Shown here in pieces: positions 26,979 through 37,325 of a stretch of DNA of 64,000 nt. The position numbers and the translations under genes were made by a program. The notes under the pieces are model-generated. The model made no database searches, had not been told where the DNA came from, and was given only the letters and a program-made list of their open reading frames with translations. Position 1 is the stretch's first letter. Every line of letters begins with the position of its first letter. Source of the DNA: Planctomycetota bacterium (GTDB lineage: Bacteria > Planctomycetota > UBA8108 > SXIK01); the NCBI GenBank assembly GCA_965223845.1, contig CBDCXR010000004.1, positions 5,696,001 to 5,760,000 of the forward strand. Direction: 5' to 3'.

Positions 26979-28970
26979 TCAGCGCGATCCGCGCCAAGGA
27001 AACGCGTAACTCGGCTGGTGCACAAAGCGGGAGAGATCGACACGAACTCGGCCCACTGCTCCGGGGGCGAGCTCGATCTGAAGGTGCTTTCCCCCGACGG
27101 AGAGTTCTGCTCCCCCGCCTCGAGCTCGATCGAAGCGGTGTTCGCCGAACGCACCCGCCTGAACGAGAACGACACGCGGTTCGCTGGGCTCGGTGTTCAC
27201 AAGGACGAGTTCGAGGCCCGCATCGGTCACCTTGTCGACCAAGGCCGCGACGCCGGGAGGCAATCCGGGACGACGTCGCTCCGGATCGAAGTGACGAATC
27301 TGGGAGTGGAGGAGGCCGCCGTGGTAAATGTGATTCGGCGCGCCGGTGGTGAGCTGAACGAGGCCTTCGAGAACGACCGGATTGAGCTGCTGCCAGTGAT
27401 GCACATCCTGCTCGTCGACCGTCGTTCGATCGGCGCGGATCTTCGCCAGCCGCCGGAGCGACTCGCGGTAGGTGTCGATGAGAATCGCATCGGGATAGTC
27501 CGGATTCTCGCCGCGAAGGAAGCTCAGCCAGCCTTCCTCGTTGCTTGAGTCGCCTTTTCCTTTCGAGTACCTGGCCCGAGACCAGGACGCCACTTCCGCA
27601 ATTTTCTCGATGCGCTCCCAATCGTCCGCGCGCCGAGAGAGACACCAGAGCTTGATCGGACACTCGGGGTCGAGTGGGCGATAGGCGTACCAACCGCGCT
27701 CGTCGTGCTTGTGCGGAACGACGCGCCGTCCGTTCTCGAGGCGGCTCTGCTTGAGCACAACGTCGATCTGCGATCGCGGCAGCTCGAGATAGCTTGCGTC
27801 TCCGCTCACGAGAAGCGCGTTCGACGCGGCGATCGTAGTCGACTCGAGCAGATTGAAGAATCCGTGGGGCCAGCGCCAGCCGTAGTAGCCGCCCCACCAT
27901 TTCCCGCTGGTGTACTCGCCGATCTCGCCGGAGAGTCCGACGTTGTCCGGGATGATCCCGCCGTTTCGCCGCGTCCGCTCGATCCATGCCGCGACGTATT
28001 CGAGAACCCAGCGGCGATATTTCTCGTCCCCGGTGTAGAGATACGCGTTCACCATCAAGCTCGTCGCGGTCAGATTGAGCGGCACGTCGCCCCGCATCAT
28101 GCGTTCGTTGAGCGCGCGCAGAATGAAGGGAAACTTCGCGTCGTCGACCCATGCGCTGCTGTCGTCGACGTTCGGAATGTCGTCGTACGGCAAGGGGTAG
28201 TGAGCGAGAACGGGTCGGTGCGTCACCCAATCCTCAGCCGAGTTGACGAAACGCGGCCCGCGGCTGCCGTTCAGCGGTGAGCGGATGAGCTTTCGCTCGG
28301 CGTCCCAGTTCGGCGCCTCCGGGTCTTCGTTCAGGTAGAGCCCCGCGAAACGGATCGCGCGTTCGCGATCCTTCGACACGGTCGGATCGGCGAGCCCGAA
28401 GAAGTAGAAATACACGTAGCTCTCGCCGTGGTGCATCCAGTCGTAGTAGGCGTCGAACTCGTTGTGAATTTGTCCGTAGCGAGTGAATTGAAGCGTGACG
28501 GCGTTCCACAGCTTCCGCGAGAGCGCGTGGATCTCTTCGGGACCACCGAGCACATAGTAGAGGGGAAAGTTGTAGAAGCTCTCGTAACCGTCGTCGGAAC
28601 CGTCCATTCCGGGCCAGCGGTCGCGCCAGATGATCGAACCGTCGGGGCGCGTGTACTTCTCGACGAACTCTCGCGCCGCGCTCGCGAGGTGATCGAAGAG
28701 AAAACGCTGGCGGAGCGCCCAGCTCGGCGGCGGAGCCGCGGTGGTGATGCGAAGCGTCGGATACTCGGCCGGCGAGGAAGCGACCGGAGGCTCGATGCCT
28801 TGGCCCGAGCTCGGAATGTCGGCGGAGATCGAAACGAGGGAAGTCGCTGCACTCAGAAGGAGTGCGACCAGAGTGATTCGCCGCGAGCGGATTTCGTTCA
28901 ACTCCGCGATCCTTTCGAACCGGTCACGATGCCGACGCGCACTCGGCGACAGTCGGTTTCGGCGTTTCAC
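26979..28970 (-). CDS. Conserved hypothetical secreted protein, possibly (alpha/alpha)-barrel glycoside hydrolase/lyase-like; start uncertain
   Basis: Long protein-like ORF with signal-like segment ITLVALLLSAATSLV and acidic motifs DGSDDGYESF, YDWMHHGES, GIIPDNVG. The fold is inference. Confidence 0.6.
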   Translation of the reverse strand: MKRRNRLSPSARRHRDRFERIAELNEIRSRRITLVALLLSAATSLVSISADIPSSGQGIEPPVASSPAEYPTLRITTAAPPPSWALRQRFLFDHLASAAREFVEKYTRPDGSIIWRDRWPGMDGSDDGYESFYNFPLYYVLGGPEEIHALSRKLWNAVTLQFTRYGQIHNEFDAYYDWMHHGESYVYFYFFGLADPTVSKDRERAIRFAGLYLNEDPEAPNWDAERKLIRSPLNGSRGPRFVNSAEDWVTHRPVLAHYPLPYDDIPNVDDSSAWVDDAKFPFILRALNERMMRGDVPLNLTATSLMVNAYLYTGDEKYRRWVLEYVAAWIERTRRNGGIIPDNVGLSGEIGEYTSGKWWGGYYGWRWPHGFFNLLESTTIAASNALLVSGDASYLELPRSQIDVVLKQSRLENGRRVVPHKHDERGWYAYRPLDPECPIKLWCLSRRADDWERIEKIAEVASWSRARYSKGKGDSSNEEGWLSFLRGENPDYPDAILIDTYRESLRRLAKIRADRTTVDEQDVHHWQQLNPVVLEGLVQLTTGAPNHIYHGGLLHSQIRHFDPERRRPGLPPGVAALVDKVTDAGLELVLVNTEPSEPRVVLVQAGAFGEHRFDRARGGGAELSVGGKHLQIELAPGAVGRVRVDLSRFVHQPSYAFPWRGSR

Positions 28971-30279
28971 CTTCGCCGAACAGGAATCCGAGAAGCCGCA
29001 GCGCGTCCGCGATGTTCACATCGCCATCGGAGTTCGAGTCGGCGGCGCCGCGGCACGACAGCTCCGCGCCCGCGCCAAACAGCCAATTGAGAACCGCGAG
29101 GACGTCGCTGATGTTGATCGCCTCGTCGCGGTTGGCGTCTCCGCGCAGAGCGGCATCGTCCAGGTGGCTCCGGTTGAGATACACGACGACCGTGTTCTCC
29201 AGCTCCGCCGTCGAGGCGAAGTCATCGCGGCCGTCTTCGTCGAAATCGCCGACGGCGATCCCCCACGGTCCCTTCTCGTGCGGAAACGATTCTGGTGCGG
29301 CGAAGCACCCCTCGCCGTCGCCACGAAGCACGCTGACGGATTCGTCACGCCAATTGCCTGCGACGAGATCGACGTTGCCGTCCTCGTCGAGATCGATCGC
29401 CACGACGGTGAGCGCGTGCGAGGCGAGCTCGTAGTCGTCCCGGCGTTTGAACTTCCGATCCGATAGAGCGGCGACGATGGTCAGCGCGTCGCCGTGGGCC
29501 ACGGCGAGATCAAGGATGCCATCGCCGTCGAAATCGTGCGGTAAGACAAAGTGAACATTCTCGAAGCCAGCGATGTCGTCCCGCGCGAAACTGCCGTCTC
29601 CGCGTCCCCAAAGAAGCGTCGCCGATTCGCTGTACGCGTTCGCGACCGCGAGATCGACGTTGCCGTCGCGATCGATATCGCGGGCGGCGAGTCCCGTAGG
29701 CCCGTCGCCCACCTCGATCGAGGCGGGCAGAGCGAAGCCTCCCTCGCCATCCCCGAGTAAGATCGCGACGTCGTCGTCGTTTCGAACCGGTCCGGCGAGG
29801 TCAGGGTTGCCGTCGCCGTTGAAATCCGCGGTCACGGTCCGCAGGGCGAAATTCCCGATCGGATGCCGGCGCAGATTCGATAGCACGCCCGTACCGTCTC
29901 CGGAGAGAACGTAGAGCTCGCCGTTCGTGTGACTCGACGACGCGACATCCAGGTGTCCGTCGCCGTCGTAATCCGCGATCGCGAGTGAGAGAACGTGGGA
30001 GTCCTCCGTGCCCTCGACGAACACCGGCTCGAGAGGCGTAAACGTCGCGTCGCCGTAGCCGAGATAGACGCGGATGTCGTAGCTGTGGTGGCACGCGACG
30101 ACGAGGTCGAGGTGTCCGTCGGCATCCATGTCCGCGGCATCGATCGTCGCGGGACAGATTCCGGTCGGGAATGACTCGATGTCGAAGCGAACTCGTCCGT
30201 CGGCGGACGCGTGAGTGCCCTGAACGATCGCGAGAGCGAATCCACCCGCCGCCGCGATGAGCTTAGCTCTGGTCGACAT
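28924..30279 (-). CDS. Secreted FG-GAP/VCBS repeat protein with C-terminal dockerin-like domain
   Basis: Signal peptide. Seven DxDxDGxxDL-type repeats. LRGDANRDEAINISD...ADSNSDGDVNIAD. Confidence 0.88.
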   Translation of the reverse strand: MSTRAKLIAAAGGFALAIVQGTHASADGRVRFDIESFPTGICPATIDAADMDADGHLDLVVACHHSYDIRVYLGYGDATFTPLEPVFVEGTEDSHVLSLAIADYDGDGHLDVASSSHTNGELYVLSGDGTGVLSNLRRHPIGNFALRTVTADFNGDGNPDLAGPVRNDDDVAILLGDGEGGFALPASIEVGDGPTGLAARDIDRDGNVDLAVANAYSESATLLWGRGDGSFARDDIAGFENVHFVLPHDFDGDGILDLAVAHGDALTIVAALSDRKFKRRDDYELASHALTVVAIDLDEDGNVDLVAGNWRDESVSVLRGDGEGCFAAPESFPHEKGPWGIAVGDFDEDGRDDFASTAELENTVVVYLNRSHLDDAALRGDANRDEAINISDVLAVLNWLFGAGAELSCRGAADSNSDGDVNIADALRLLGFLFGEGETPKPTVAECASAS

Positions 30280-30405
30280 TCGCTTCTCTCCCTACGCGAT
30301 GCGTTCCGCGAGACGTTCGCCATTTTCGCGTGATAGAGTGACGAGAGCGAGGAAATCTCGCGCGGCATCGTCTCGGCGTACCGACTTTCACGCGAGGAGG
30401 TCTCT

Positions 30406-31908
30406 GTGTACCGACCCGTGGTTTCCGTCCTCGTTCTCTTCTGTTTCTCTCGTACCGTCGCGCAGGAAGCGGCCTCGCTACCGGCAAGAAAACCGAACGT
30501 CCTTTTCATCGCGATCGACGATCTGAACGACTACGTCTCACCGCTCGACAACCACCCCGGAATCAAAACGCCGAACTTCGATCGTCTCGCCCGGCGGTCG
30601 GTGAATTTCACGAACGCCCACTGCGCCGCGCCCGCCTGCCATCCGTCGCGCGTCGCGGTGATGACAGGCGTTCATCCGACGCGCTCGGGGATCTATCGCA
30701 ATCTCTTTGGCGCGCATGGACCGAGGTGGCGACACGAATCTCCGGTCCTCGAGAAGGCGGTGGTCCTCTCGCAGCACTTCCGCGACCACGGATACCGCGC
30801 GGTCGGAGGCGGCAAGATCTTTCACGCTCTCCAGTGGACTCCCGGTGACTCGCAGAACGATCCGGACGCGTGGGACGATTACTTTCTCGATCCCCTCGAT
30901 CCGATCTCTTCGATCTGGCCGCGCCCGAAGCTCGTTCCGGACGCGGAGGCGGGCCTCACGCCCGGACGACCTCTCGGCGGCCGCTCGCAGCTCTTCGGTG
31001 CAGCGCCGCTCGATTTGCCCGACGACAAGACGGGCGATCACATAGTCGTCGATTGGGCGATCGGAGAGATGAACCGGCCGCAAGAGAAGCCTCTCTTTCT
31101 CGCCGTCGGACTCTTTCGACCGCATATCCCGTGGGAAGTGCCGACGCAGTGGTTCAATCTCTACCCCGAAGCCGAGGTGAAGCTCCCCGAGCATCGCGAA
31201 GGCGACCTCGAGGATGCGCACTCGCACGGCCGCGAAGCGTGGCATCGCTGGGTCACGGGGAACAAGCAGTGGCGACATCTCATGCGCGGCTACCTCGCGA
31301 GCGTGAGCTACGTCGACGGCCAGCTCGGACGACTGCTCGACGCACTCGACACCTCGCCGCTTCGCGGAAAGACGATCGTCATCCTCTGGAGCGACCACGG
31401 CTTCCACATCGGAGAGAAGGAAAACTGGGAGAAGTTCGCCCTCTGGGATCAAACGACGCGCGTGCCACTCTTCATTCACGCCCCGGGAATCAGCAAGGAC
31501 GGCGCGAAGACGCGCGAGCCCGCGACGCTCACCGATCTCTATCCGACTCTCTGCGAGCTTGCCGGACTTCCCGTTCCTTCGCAGTGCGGCGGAGCTTCGC
31601 TTGTGCCGCAGCTCGAGAACCCGAAAGCCGCGCGCGATCGCACGTCGCTAACGTCGTTTCAGTTTCGTGGCGAGAAAACTCCGTCCCACGCCGTCAGCGA
31701 CGCGCGCTACCGCTACATCCGGTACGGGAACGGATTCGAAGAGCTCTACGACCTCGAGAACGATCCGCACGAGTTCTCGAATCGCGCCGGGGACCCATCG
31801 CTCGCGGAGACGAAGAAGCAATTGGCGAGCGCGATCCCTGCGCACGTCACGCCGATGCGGCCGATCCCGAAGAGCTCGCCGTACCAGCGAGTGCGGCGGC
31901 GCGAGTAG
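30406..31908 (+). CDS. Sulfatase (formylglycine-dependent, iduronate/choline-sulfatase-like)
   Basis: KPNVLFIAIDDL, CHPSRVAVMTG (CxPxR), GKIFH, RPHIPW, WSDHG, ELYDLENDPHE. Confidence 0.92.
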   Translation: MYRPVVSVLVLFCFSRTVAQEAASLPARKPNVLFIAIDDLNDYVSPLDNHPGIKTPNFDRLARRSVNFTNAHCAAPACHPSRVAVMTGVHPTRSGIYRNLFGAHGPRWRHESPVLEKAVVLSQHFRDHGYRAVGGGKIFHALQWTPGDSQNDPDAWDDYFLDPLDPISSIWPRPKLVPDAEAGLTPGRPLGGRSQLFGAAPLDLPDDKTGDHIVVDWAIGEMNRPQEKPLFLAVGLFRPHIPWEVPTQWFNLYPEAEVKLPEHREGDLEDAHSHGREAWHRWVTGNKQWRHLMRGYLASVSYVDGQLGRLLDALDTSPLRGKTIVILWSDHGFHIGEKENWEKFALWDQTTRVPLFIHAPGISKDGAKTREPATLTDLYPTLCELAGLPVPSQCGGASLVPQLENPKAARDRTSLTSFQFRGEKTPSHAVSDARYRYIRYGNGFEELYDLENDPHEFSNRAGDPSLAETKKQLASAIPAHVTPMRPIPKSSPYQRVRRRE

Positions 31909-32223
31909 ACGGCGCCCTGGCGCGACTTGCGCGTGAGCATGCCGAACTCTCGACCCCGGTCGCTTGATGCGCGTGCCTTGCCGAGCCCCTGGCAGCAGTT
32001 GCACATGCGTGCGAGGAGAGTCCGCTCTCCCGGCTCCTGCAACCGGCAATCGTTGCTGCACTTAGCGACGGGGCTCGCCCGTGGCACGAGATTCGCGGCC
32101 TACTCGACAGAGAGATCGATGTCTCGATCTGGCCGGGAAGCGATCGGCGTCGTCGCGCCAGTCGAGAGGTCATCGCCTCGTTCGCTCGCCCAGCGACGAT
32201 CGCGTAAGACGCGGGGGTTCGAC

Positions 32224-32916
32224 TTGATTGCACCGATTCAGAAACTCGCCGGCTTCGTCCTTCTCGGCTCGCAGACGCTTCTCGCGAGCGGTTGTGCATG
32301 GTGGGAGTTCTTGGAATTCGAAGGCTACGTCGTTAACGCGCACGGACTCGGGGACACGGGAGTCCCAGAGCGCTTTCGGTATTTGAACTTTGAATTCCCT
32401 TATACGCCGAAAGTCGAGACGATTGCCGAGGGCAGAAAGACCACGATTCTGGCGATGTGGGAACCTCCCCGTGGCGCACCGGGACTTTGCGTCGTTCTCG
32501 CCTTGAACCACGAACGAAGAGTTCGTACGAAGGGCATCGTTCGATTCCGCACGACGGATTTGTCGCTGTATGCCGTACTTGTTAGACAAAACAGCGCCGT
32601 GTGGCCGATCGAGTACAACTTCCTCGACGAAATCCCGAATGGACACGAACTGCTTCGTCACGTGGCCGCGGGAAGACTTAAAGGGCCGAATCTCTTCGAA
32701 CTGGAAGGACGAGTCGATATCGACTTCCGCCGAGGCGAGATTCAGGGCATGAACTTGTGCCTGAGAACCGTCCGGGCAATGGCAGTCGACGAGGGTTTTC
32801 GCGACCGATACCGACAGGACTGGTTCGGTGGCGCCCTCGGCAATCAGGACGGCGTCTCGGCCCAATGCGTCATCTCCGGTGAGGTGACCCGCGTCAGGCT
32901 GTACGACGGATTCTAG
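32224..32916 (+). CDS. Hypothetical lipoprotein; start uncertain
   Basis: Lipobox-like LLASGC after a hydrophobic stretch. Visibly more AT-rich codons than neighbours. No recognised domain. Confidence 0.5.
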   Translation: MIAPIQKLAGFVLLGSQTLLASGCAWWEFLEFEGYVVNAHGLGDTGVPERFRYLNFEFPYTPKVETIAEGRKTTILAMWEPPRGAPGLCVVLALNHERRVRTKGIVRFRTTDLSLYAVLVRQNSAVWPIEYNFLDEIPNGHELLRHVAAGRLKGPNLFELEGRVDIDFRRGEIQGMNLCLRTVRAMAVDEGFRDRYRQDWFGGALGNQDGVSAQCVISGEVTRVRLYDGF

Positions 32917-33022
32917 TCTGAACCTAACATCGGCTTCCGCTACGCCCCAGAATCCCGCCTTCGATCCAGCGGACGGAGCGGGCAAGGCCGTCACGCTTGG
33001 ATTCGCGTAGCGTCGCTCCGCG

Positions 33023-33583
33023 CTATCCCGCCCCCGCGTACTGAGGAAGCCGCTCCTCGATCTCCGCAAGCCGCGGATTCTGCGCGTCCTTGTCCGACAG
33101 CACCGGATCCGAGATCGGCCACTCGATCGCGACTTCCGGGTCGTTCCAAATCACCGAGAGCTCGCCCTCGGGGCAGTAGATGTCGGTGCACTTGTACTCG
33201 ACTTCCGCGGTATCGCTGAGGACGCAGAAACCGTGAACGAAGCCGACCGGGATATAGAGCTGGCGGAAGTTCTCGGCGGAGAGCTCGTAACCCACCCAGC
33301 GCCCGAAGGACGGAGAGCCGCGACGCACATCGACCGCGACGTCGAAGATGGTTCCCTGGATCGCGCGGACGAGCTTCCCCTGCGGATGCTCGATCTGGGA
33401 GTGGAGTCCGCGCAAGGTTCCGCGCCGCGAGCGCGAGTGATTGTCCTGGACGAACTCGACGTCGATTCCTCCTTCGCGATACTTCTCGGCGTGATACGTC
33501 TCGAGAAAGAATCCGCGCTCGTCCCGAAACACTTTCGGTTCGACGAGGATCACGTCCGGGATCTCGCTCCGGATGAACTCCAC
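33023..33583 (-). CDS. rfbC: dTDP-4-dehydrorhamnose 3,5-epimerase
   Basis: [43 protein letters not shown]. Confidence 0.95.
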   Translation of the reverse strand: MEFIRSEIPDVILVEPKVFRDERGFFLETYHAEKYREGGIDVEFVQDNHSRSRRGTLRGLHSQIEHPQGKLVRAIQGTIFDVAVDVRRGSPSFGRWVGYELSAENFRQLYIPVGFVHGFCVLSDTAEVEYKCTDIYCPEGELSVIWNDPEVAIEWPISDPVLSDKDAQNPRLAEIEERLPQYAGAG

Positions 33584-33586
33584 CAG

Positions 33587-34465
33587 TCAGTCCCTCATCC
33601 CTTGTTCGACGCGCGCGAGGAGGTACTCGCCGTACGAGTTCTTCTTCAGCTTCTCGGCGAGCCGCTTCACCTGATCGATGTCGATGTAGCCCATCCGGTG
33701 GGCGATCTCTTCGAGGCAGGCGACGCGGAGCCCCTGTCGCTCCTCGATCGCCTGGATGAAGTTCGACGCTTGGAGCAGCGATTCGTGAGTTCCAGTATCG
33801 AGCCAGGCGATCCCCCGGCCCATGCGCTCGACGGCGAGCTGTTCCCGCTTCAGATATTCGATATTGACGTCGGTGATTTCGAGCTCGCCGCGCGGAGACG
33901 GCTTTAAGTTCGCCGCGACGTCGAGAACCGAATTGTCGTAGAAGTAGAGCCCCGTGACCGCGTAGTGGGAGCGCGGCGCAGTGGGCTTCTCTTCGAGCGA
34001 GATCGCATTTCCGTCGGCGTCGAACTCGACGACACCGTAGCGCTCGGGATCGCGAACGCGATAACCGAACACCGTCGCGCCGTGCTCGCGCGCCGCGGCC
34101 TTCGCGAGGAGCTCGGGAAACCCGTGCCCGTAGAAAATATTGTCGCCGAGCGCGAGGGCCACTCGGTCGCCCCCGACAAACTCACGCCCGATGATGAACG
34201 CCTGGGCGAGACCGTCGGGGCTCGGCTGGACCGCGTACGAGATCTCGATCCCGATCTCGTTCCCGTCGCCGAGAAGACGCTGGAAGGATTCCTGATCTTC
34301 CGGCGTCGTGATGATGAGGATCTCCCTGATTCCCGCCAGCATGAGGGTCGAGAGCGGGTAGTAGATCATCGGCTTGTCGTAGATCGGGACGAGCTGCTTG
34401 CTCACCGCCTTCGTGATGGGGTGGAGACGCGTCCCGGATCCCCCGGCGAGAACGATGCCCTTCAT
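33587..34465 (-). CDS. rfbA: Glucose-1-phosphate thymidylyltransferase
   Basis: [48 protein letters not shown]. Confidence 0.97.
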   Translation of the reverse strand: MKGIVLAGGSGTRLHPITKAVSKQLVPIYDKPMIYYPLSTLMLAGIREILIITTPEDQESFQRLLGDGNEIGIEISYAVQPSPDGLAQAFIIGREFVGGDRVALALGDNIFYGHGFPELLAKAAAREHGATVFGYRVRDPERYGVVEFDADGNAISLEEKPTAPRSHYAVTGLYFYDNSVLDVAANLKPSPRGELEITDVNIEYLKREQLAVERMGRGIAWLDTGTHESLLQASNFIQAIEERQGLRVACLEEIAHRMGYIDIDQVKRLAEKLKKNSYGEYLLARVEQGMRD

Positions 34466-34597
34466 GATGACTCCTCAATGTCGGCGGTTTCGGCAGCGCA
34501 CGAGCGTGCCGCGCTCGCGCGGGCGGATCGATACGCCGGTCTTGTTCCCCCACACTCGCCGTCGTTTTGCGCTCGACTGCGAAACGGCAGCGCATCT

Positions 34598-35737
34598 TCA
34601 CAAAGACGTGGCCGCCGCCTCCTCAGCGGATCTATCGGCAGCTTTTTCGGCCATCGTTCGCCTTGCGTCCGATAACGGAAGGGTACGCAGTCGATTCTCG
34701 ACGCGTTCGGACTTTCCGAGCGCGTCCTCGAGAGCAGTGTCGCGGCGCGCGACGATGAGCTCGACGCCGAGCTCGCGCGCCTGCGAGTCCCACTCCGCCA
34801 CCCCTCGAGATCCAGCGGCGCTGAACGTCGCGACCGACTCGAGATCGAGCAAGACTCCGAGGCCCTCGCGAAGAAACCCCTCGATCGGGGCCGCGAGCTC
34901 GACCACGGTGCCCGCGTCGAACGTCCCGCTCACATGAACGATGACGGCGTCCGCGGCATCCAGTCGCTCGATCGCGATGGCGTCTCCGCAACCGTCCTGC
35001 GCCGTGACGCCCGCGGCCTCGCGACGCGTGGGGAACACCGAACGACCGGTCCAGATGCGGCCGAGCACGAAGCGCGCGAGCGTCAGCGCACCGTAGCACC
35101 CGCCGCCCGGAACGGTCGTTCGAGCGATGATCGCGCGGCGAAGATCCTCCGCCGTCTCTCCGGGAAAGTCGGTGTAGCACCGGCCCACCGCATCGAGAAA
35201 GTGTCCGTCCGAACATCCCACTCGCGCCCGGTCTCCCGCGCGGCGAGCCGCCTTTCGATTGGCGAAAAACTCGGTGAAGTTCGAGTTCTTCGTCTCGATC
35301 GCGTCGAACGGCAGTGTTTCGATCAGATCCCCGACGCCGAGGAGACCGCGCCAGCGAAGCCACGATGTATAAGGATGCGCTGCGATCGCGAGTCCGCCCT
35401 GCGCGTGGATTTCGTCGATGGTCTCACGCGCGTTCAAGCCGGGCGGTACGCGACGCTCGAGAAAGAGTCCGAGCACGTGACCGTCGCGCGAGCTCACCTC
35501 TTCGCCGACGATGACCTCGAGGTTGGGGAAGCGGGACCGCCCGTGAACGAGCGCCCGCGCCTCGAGAGCACCGTCGATCGTGTCGTGATCCGTGATCGCG
35601 AGAACGCGAAACTCCGGCTCGCGCGCGAAGCGCTCGAGCACTTCGACCGGGCTCGCGGTCCCGTCGCTGTGATGCGTGTGGATGTGGAGGTCCGCGCGCG
35701 AGTGGCCTGCGCGCGGGAGCGGTCGTCGTCTCGGCAT
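34598..35737 (-). CDS. PHP-domain phosphoesterase fused to a STAS (anti-anti-sigma-like) domain
   Basis: DLHIHTHHSDG, AITDHD, GEEVSS, AAHP, SDGH. C-terminal VHVSGTFDA...LLDLESVATFSAAG. Confidence 0.8.
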   Translation of the reverse strand: MPRRRPLPRAGHSRADLHIHTHHSDGTASPVEVLERFAREPEFRVLAITDHDTIDGALEARALVHGRSRFPNLEVIVGEEVSSRDGHVLGLFLERRVPPGLNARETIDEIHAQGGLAIAAHPYTSWLRWRGLLGVGDLIETLPFDAIETKNSNFTEFFANRKAARRAGDRARVGCSDGHFLDAVGRCYTDFPGETAEDLRRAIIARTTVPGGGCYGALTLARFVLGRIWTGRSVFPTRREAAGVTAQDGCGDAIAIERLDAADAVIVHVSGTFDAGTVVELAAPIEGFLREGLGVLLDLESVATFSAAGSRGVAEWDSQARELGVELIVARRDTALEDALGKSERVENRLRTLPLSDARRTMAEKAADRSAEEAAATSL

Positions 35738-35757
35738 CGCAGTCGTCCGGCGCTCCG

Positions 35758-36840
35758 TCAATCCTGCTTCGTCGAGAGGCCGAGCCGCTCGCGCCGGTAG
35801 TTGCCGGACTGGACGTTCTCGCACCACGCGAGGTTGTCGAGGTACCAGCGCACGGTCTTCGCCATTCCGTCATCGAACCCGAGCGAGGGCTTCCAGCCGA
35901 GCTCGTCGCGGATCTTCGTCGCGTCGATGGCGTAGCGCTTGTCGTGGCCGGGACGATCCTTCACGTAGGTCTTCAGCTCGGAGTACGATTTGATCTTCCC
36001 GCCGAGCGCACTGTTCTCGGGCGCCGGAGAGTACTCGTCGAGGAGCTCACAGATGCGATCGACGACCTCGATGTTCTTTCGCTCGTTCAGCCCGCCGATA
36101 TTGTATTTTTCGCCGAGCCGCCCTTTCTCCAGCGCGAGCAGGATGCCCGAGCAGTGGTCCTCGACGTAGAGCCAGTCGCGCACGTTGCTCCCGTCGCCAT
36201 AGATCGGAAGCGGTTTTCCGTCGCGCGCGTTCAGAATCATGAGCGGAATGAGCTTCTCGGGAAACTGGTACGGTCCGTAGTTGTTCGAGCAGTTCGTGAG
36301 GACCGTCGGTACACCGTACGTCTCGTAGTACGCGCGCACGAAGTGGTCCGCCGCCGCCTTCGACGCCGCGTACGGAGAGTTCGGCGCGTACGGAGTATCC
36401 TCGGTGAAGAGTCCGGTGTCGCCGAGCGTGCCGTAAACCTCGTCCGTCGACACGTGGAGGAAGCGAAAGCGATCTCGATCCGCGCCGTCTTCGAGGTAGC
36501 GACGTGAAACTTCGAGCAGCTCGAACGTTCCACCGACGTTCGTATCGAAAAAAGCGCGCGGCCCGTCGATCGAGCGGTCGACGTGGCTCTCCGCCGCGAA
36601 GTTGACGACGGACGTGGGACGCGACTCGCGAAACAGCTCCGCCATCGCCCGGCCGTCGCAGATGTCCGCCTCGACGAACTCGAGGCGCGGATCCTGAAGA
36701 ACGGAGTTCAGGTTCCCGAGATTTCCGGCGTACGTGAGCTTGTCGACGACGACGACGCGCGCCTCGGTCTCCGCGAGCACGTAGCGAACGAAATTCGAGC
36801 CGATGAATCCGGCTCCTCCGGTGACCAAGATCGTCGTCAT
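35758..36840 (-). CDS. rfbB: dTDP-glucose 4,6-dehydratase
   Basis: [60 protein letters not shown]. Confidence 0.97.
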   Translation of the reverse strand: MTTILVTGGAGFIGSNFVRYVLAETEARVVVVDKLTYAGNLGNLNSVLQDPRLEFVEADICDGRAMAELFRESRPTSVVNFAAESHVDRSIDGPRAFFDTNVGGTFELLEVSRRYLEDGADRDRFRFLHVSTDEVYGTLGDTGLFTEDTPYAPNSPYAASKAAADHFVRAYYETYGVPTVLTNCSNNYGPYQFPEKLIPLMILNARDGKPLPIYGDGSNVRDWLYVEDHCSGILLALEKGRLGEKYNIGGLNERKNIEVVDRICELLDEYSPAPENSALGGKIKSYSELKTYVKDRPGHDKRYAIDATKIRDELGWKPSLGFDDGMAKTVRWYLDNLAWCENVQSGNYRRERLGLSTKQD

Positions 36841-37325
36841 CGTTTTGTAGATCTCCGTTGAGTGAATCCGCTCGCCACGTCCTAGCCGCGGCGAGCGAAG
36901 GGATTCCCCTCCCTCTTTCTTCGGTGAGTCGCCTCTCCGACTGAGTGGTCTTGAGTCGGCGAACTTCGGTGCGCAAACCGTACGGAGAGCGATCCTGCCG
37001 ATCGGAACGACCGGACGGCCGGAGGAAGGTAGAGGGTGTTATCAGCCCACGCGGCACATTCCGTTCGACTCGCTCGGCAGGACGGGATTCGATCCGCGCT
37101 CGGGCAGACCCGTCATTCTGCCGGATGGAAGAGTCGTCCCGAACCCCGTTTCCGGGGAAGGATCGACCGTGAGCCGCAAAACTGCGGGAAGGCAGCCGCG
37201 GCGAGTTTCACGCGGGATCCCCCGATCAGTCAACGCAACTTCAGTTGCGAGCGCATTAAAATCGAATAAACTCGAGCGCTCTTTCGTCCAAGAGAGACGC
37301 GCGACCGCTTCCGATCGACTGAACC

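Noticed and set aside
32917-33020. Integron attC site
   Set aside because: An RYYYAAC-like ACCTAAC is present, but there is no matching GTTRRRY end and no integrase in the window.
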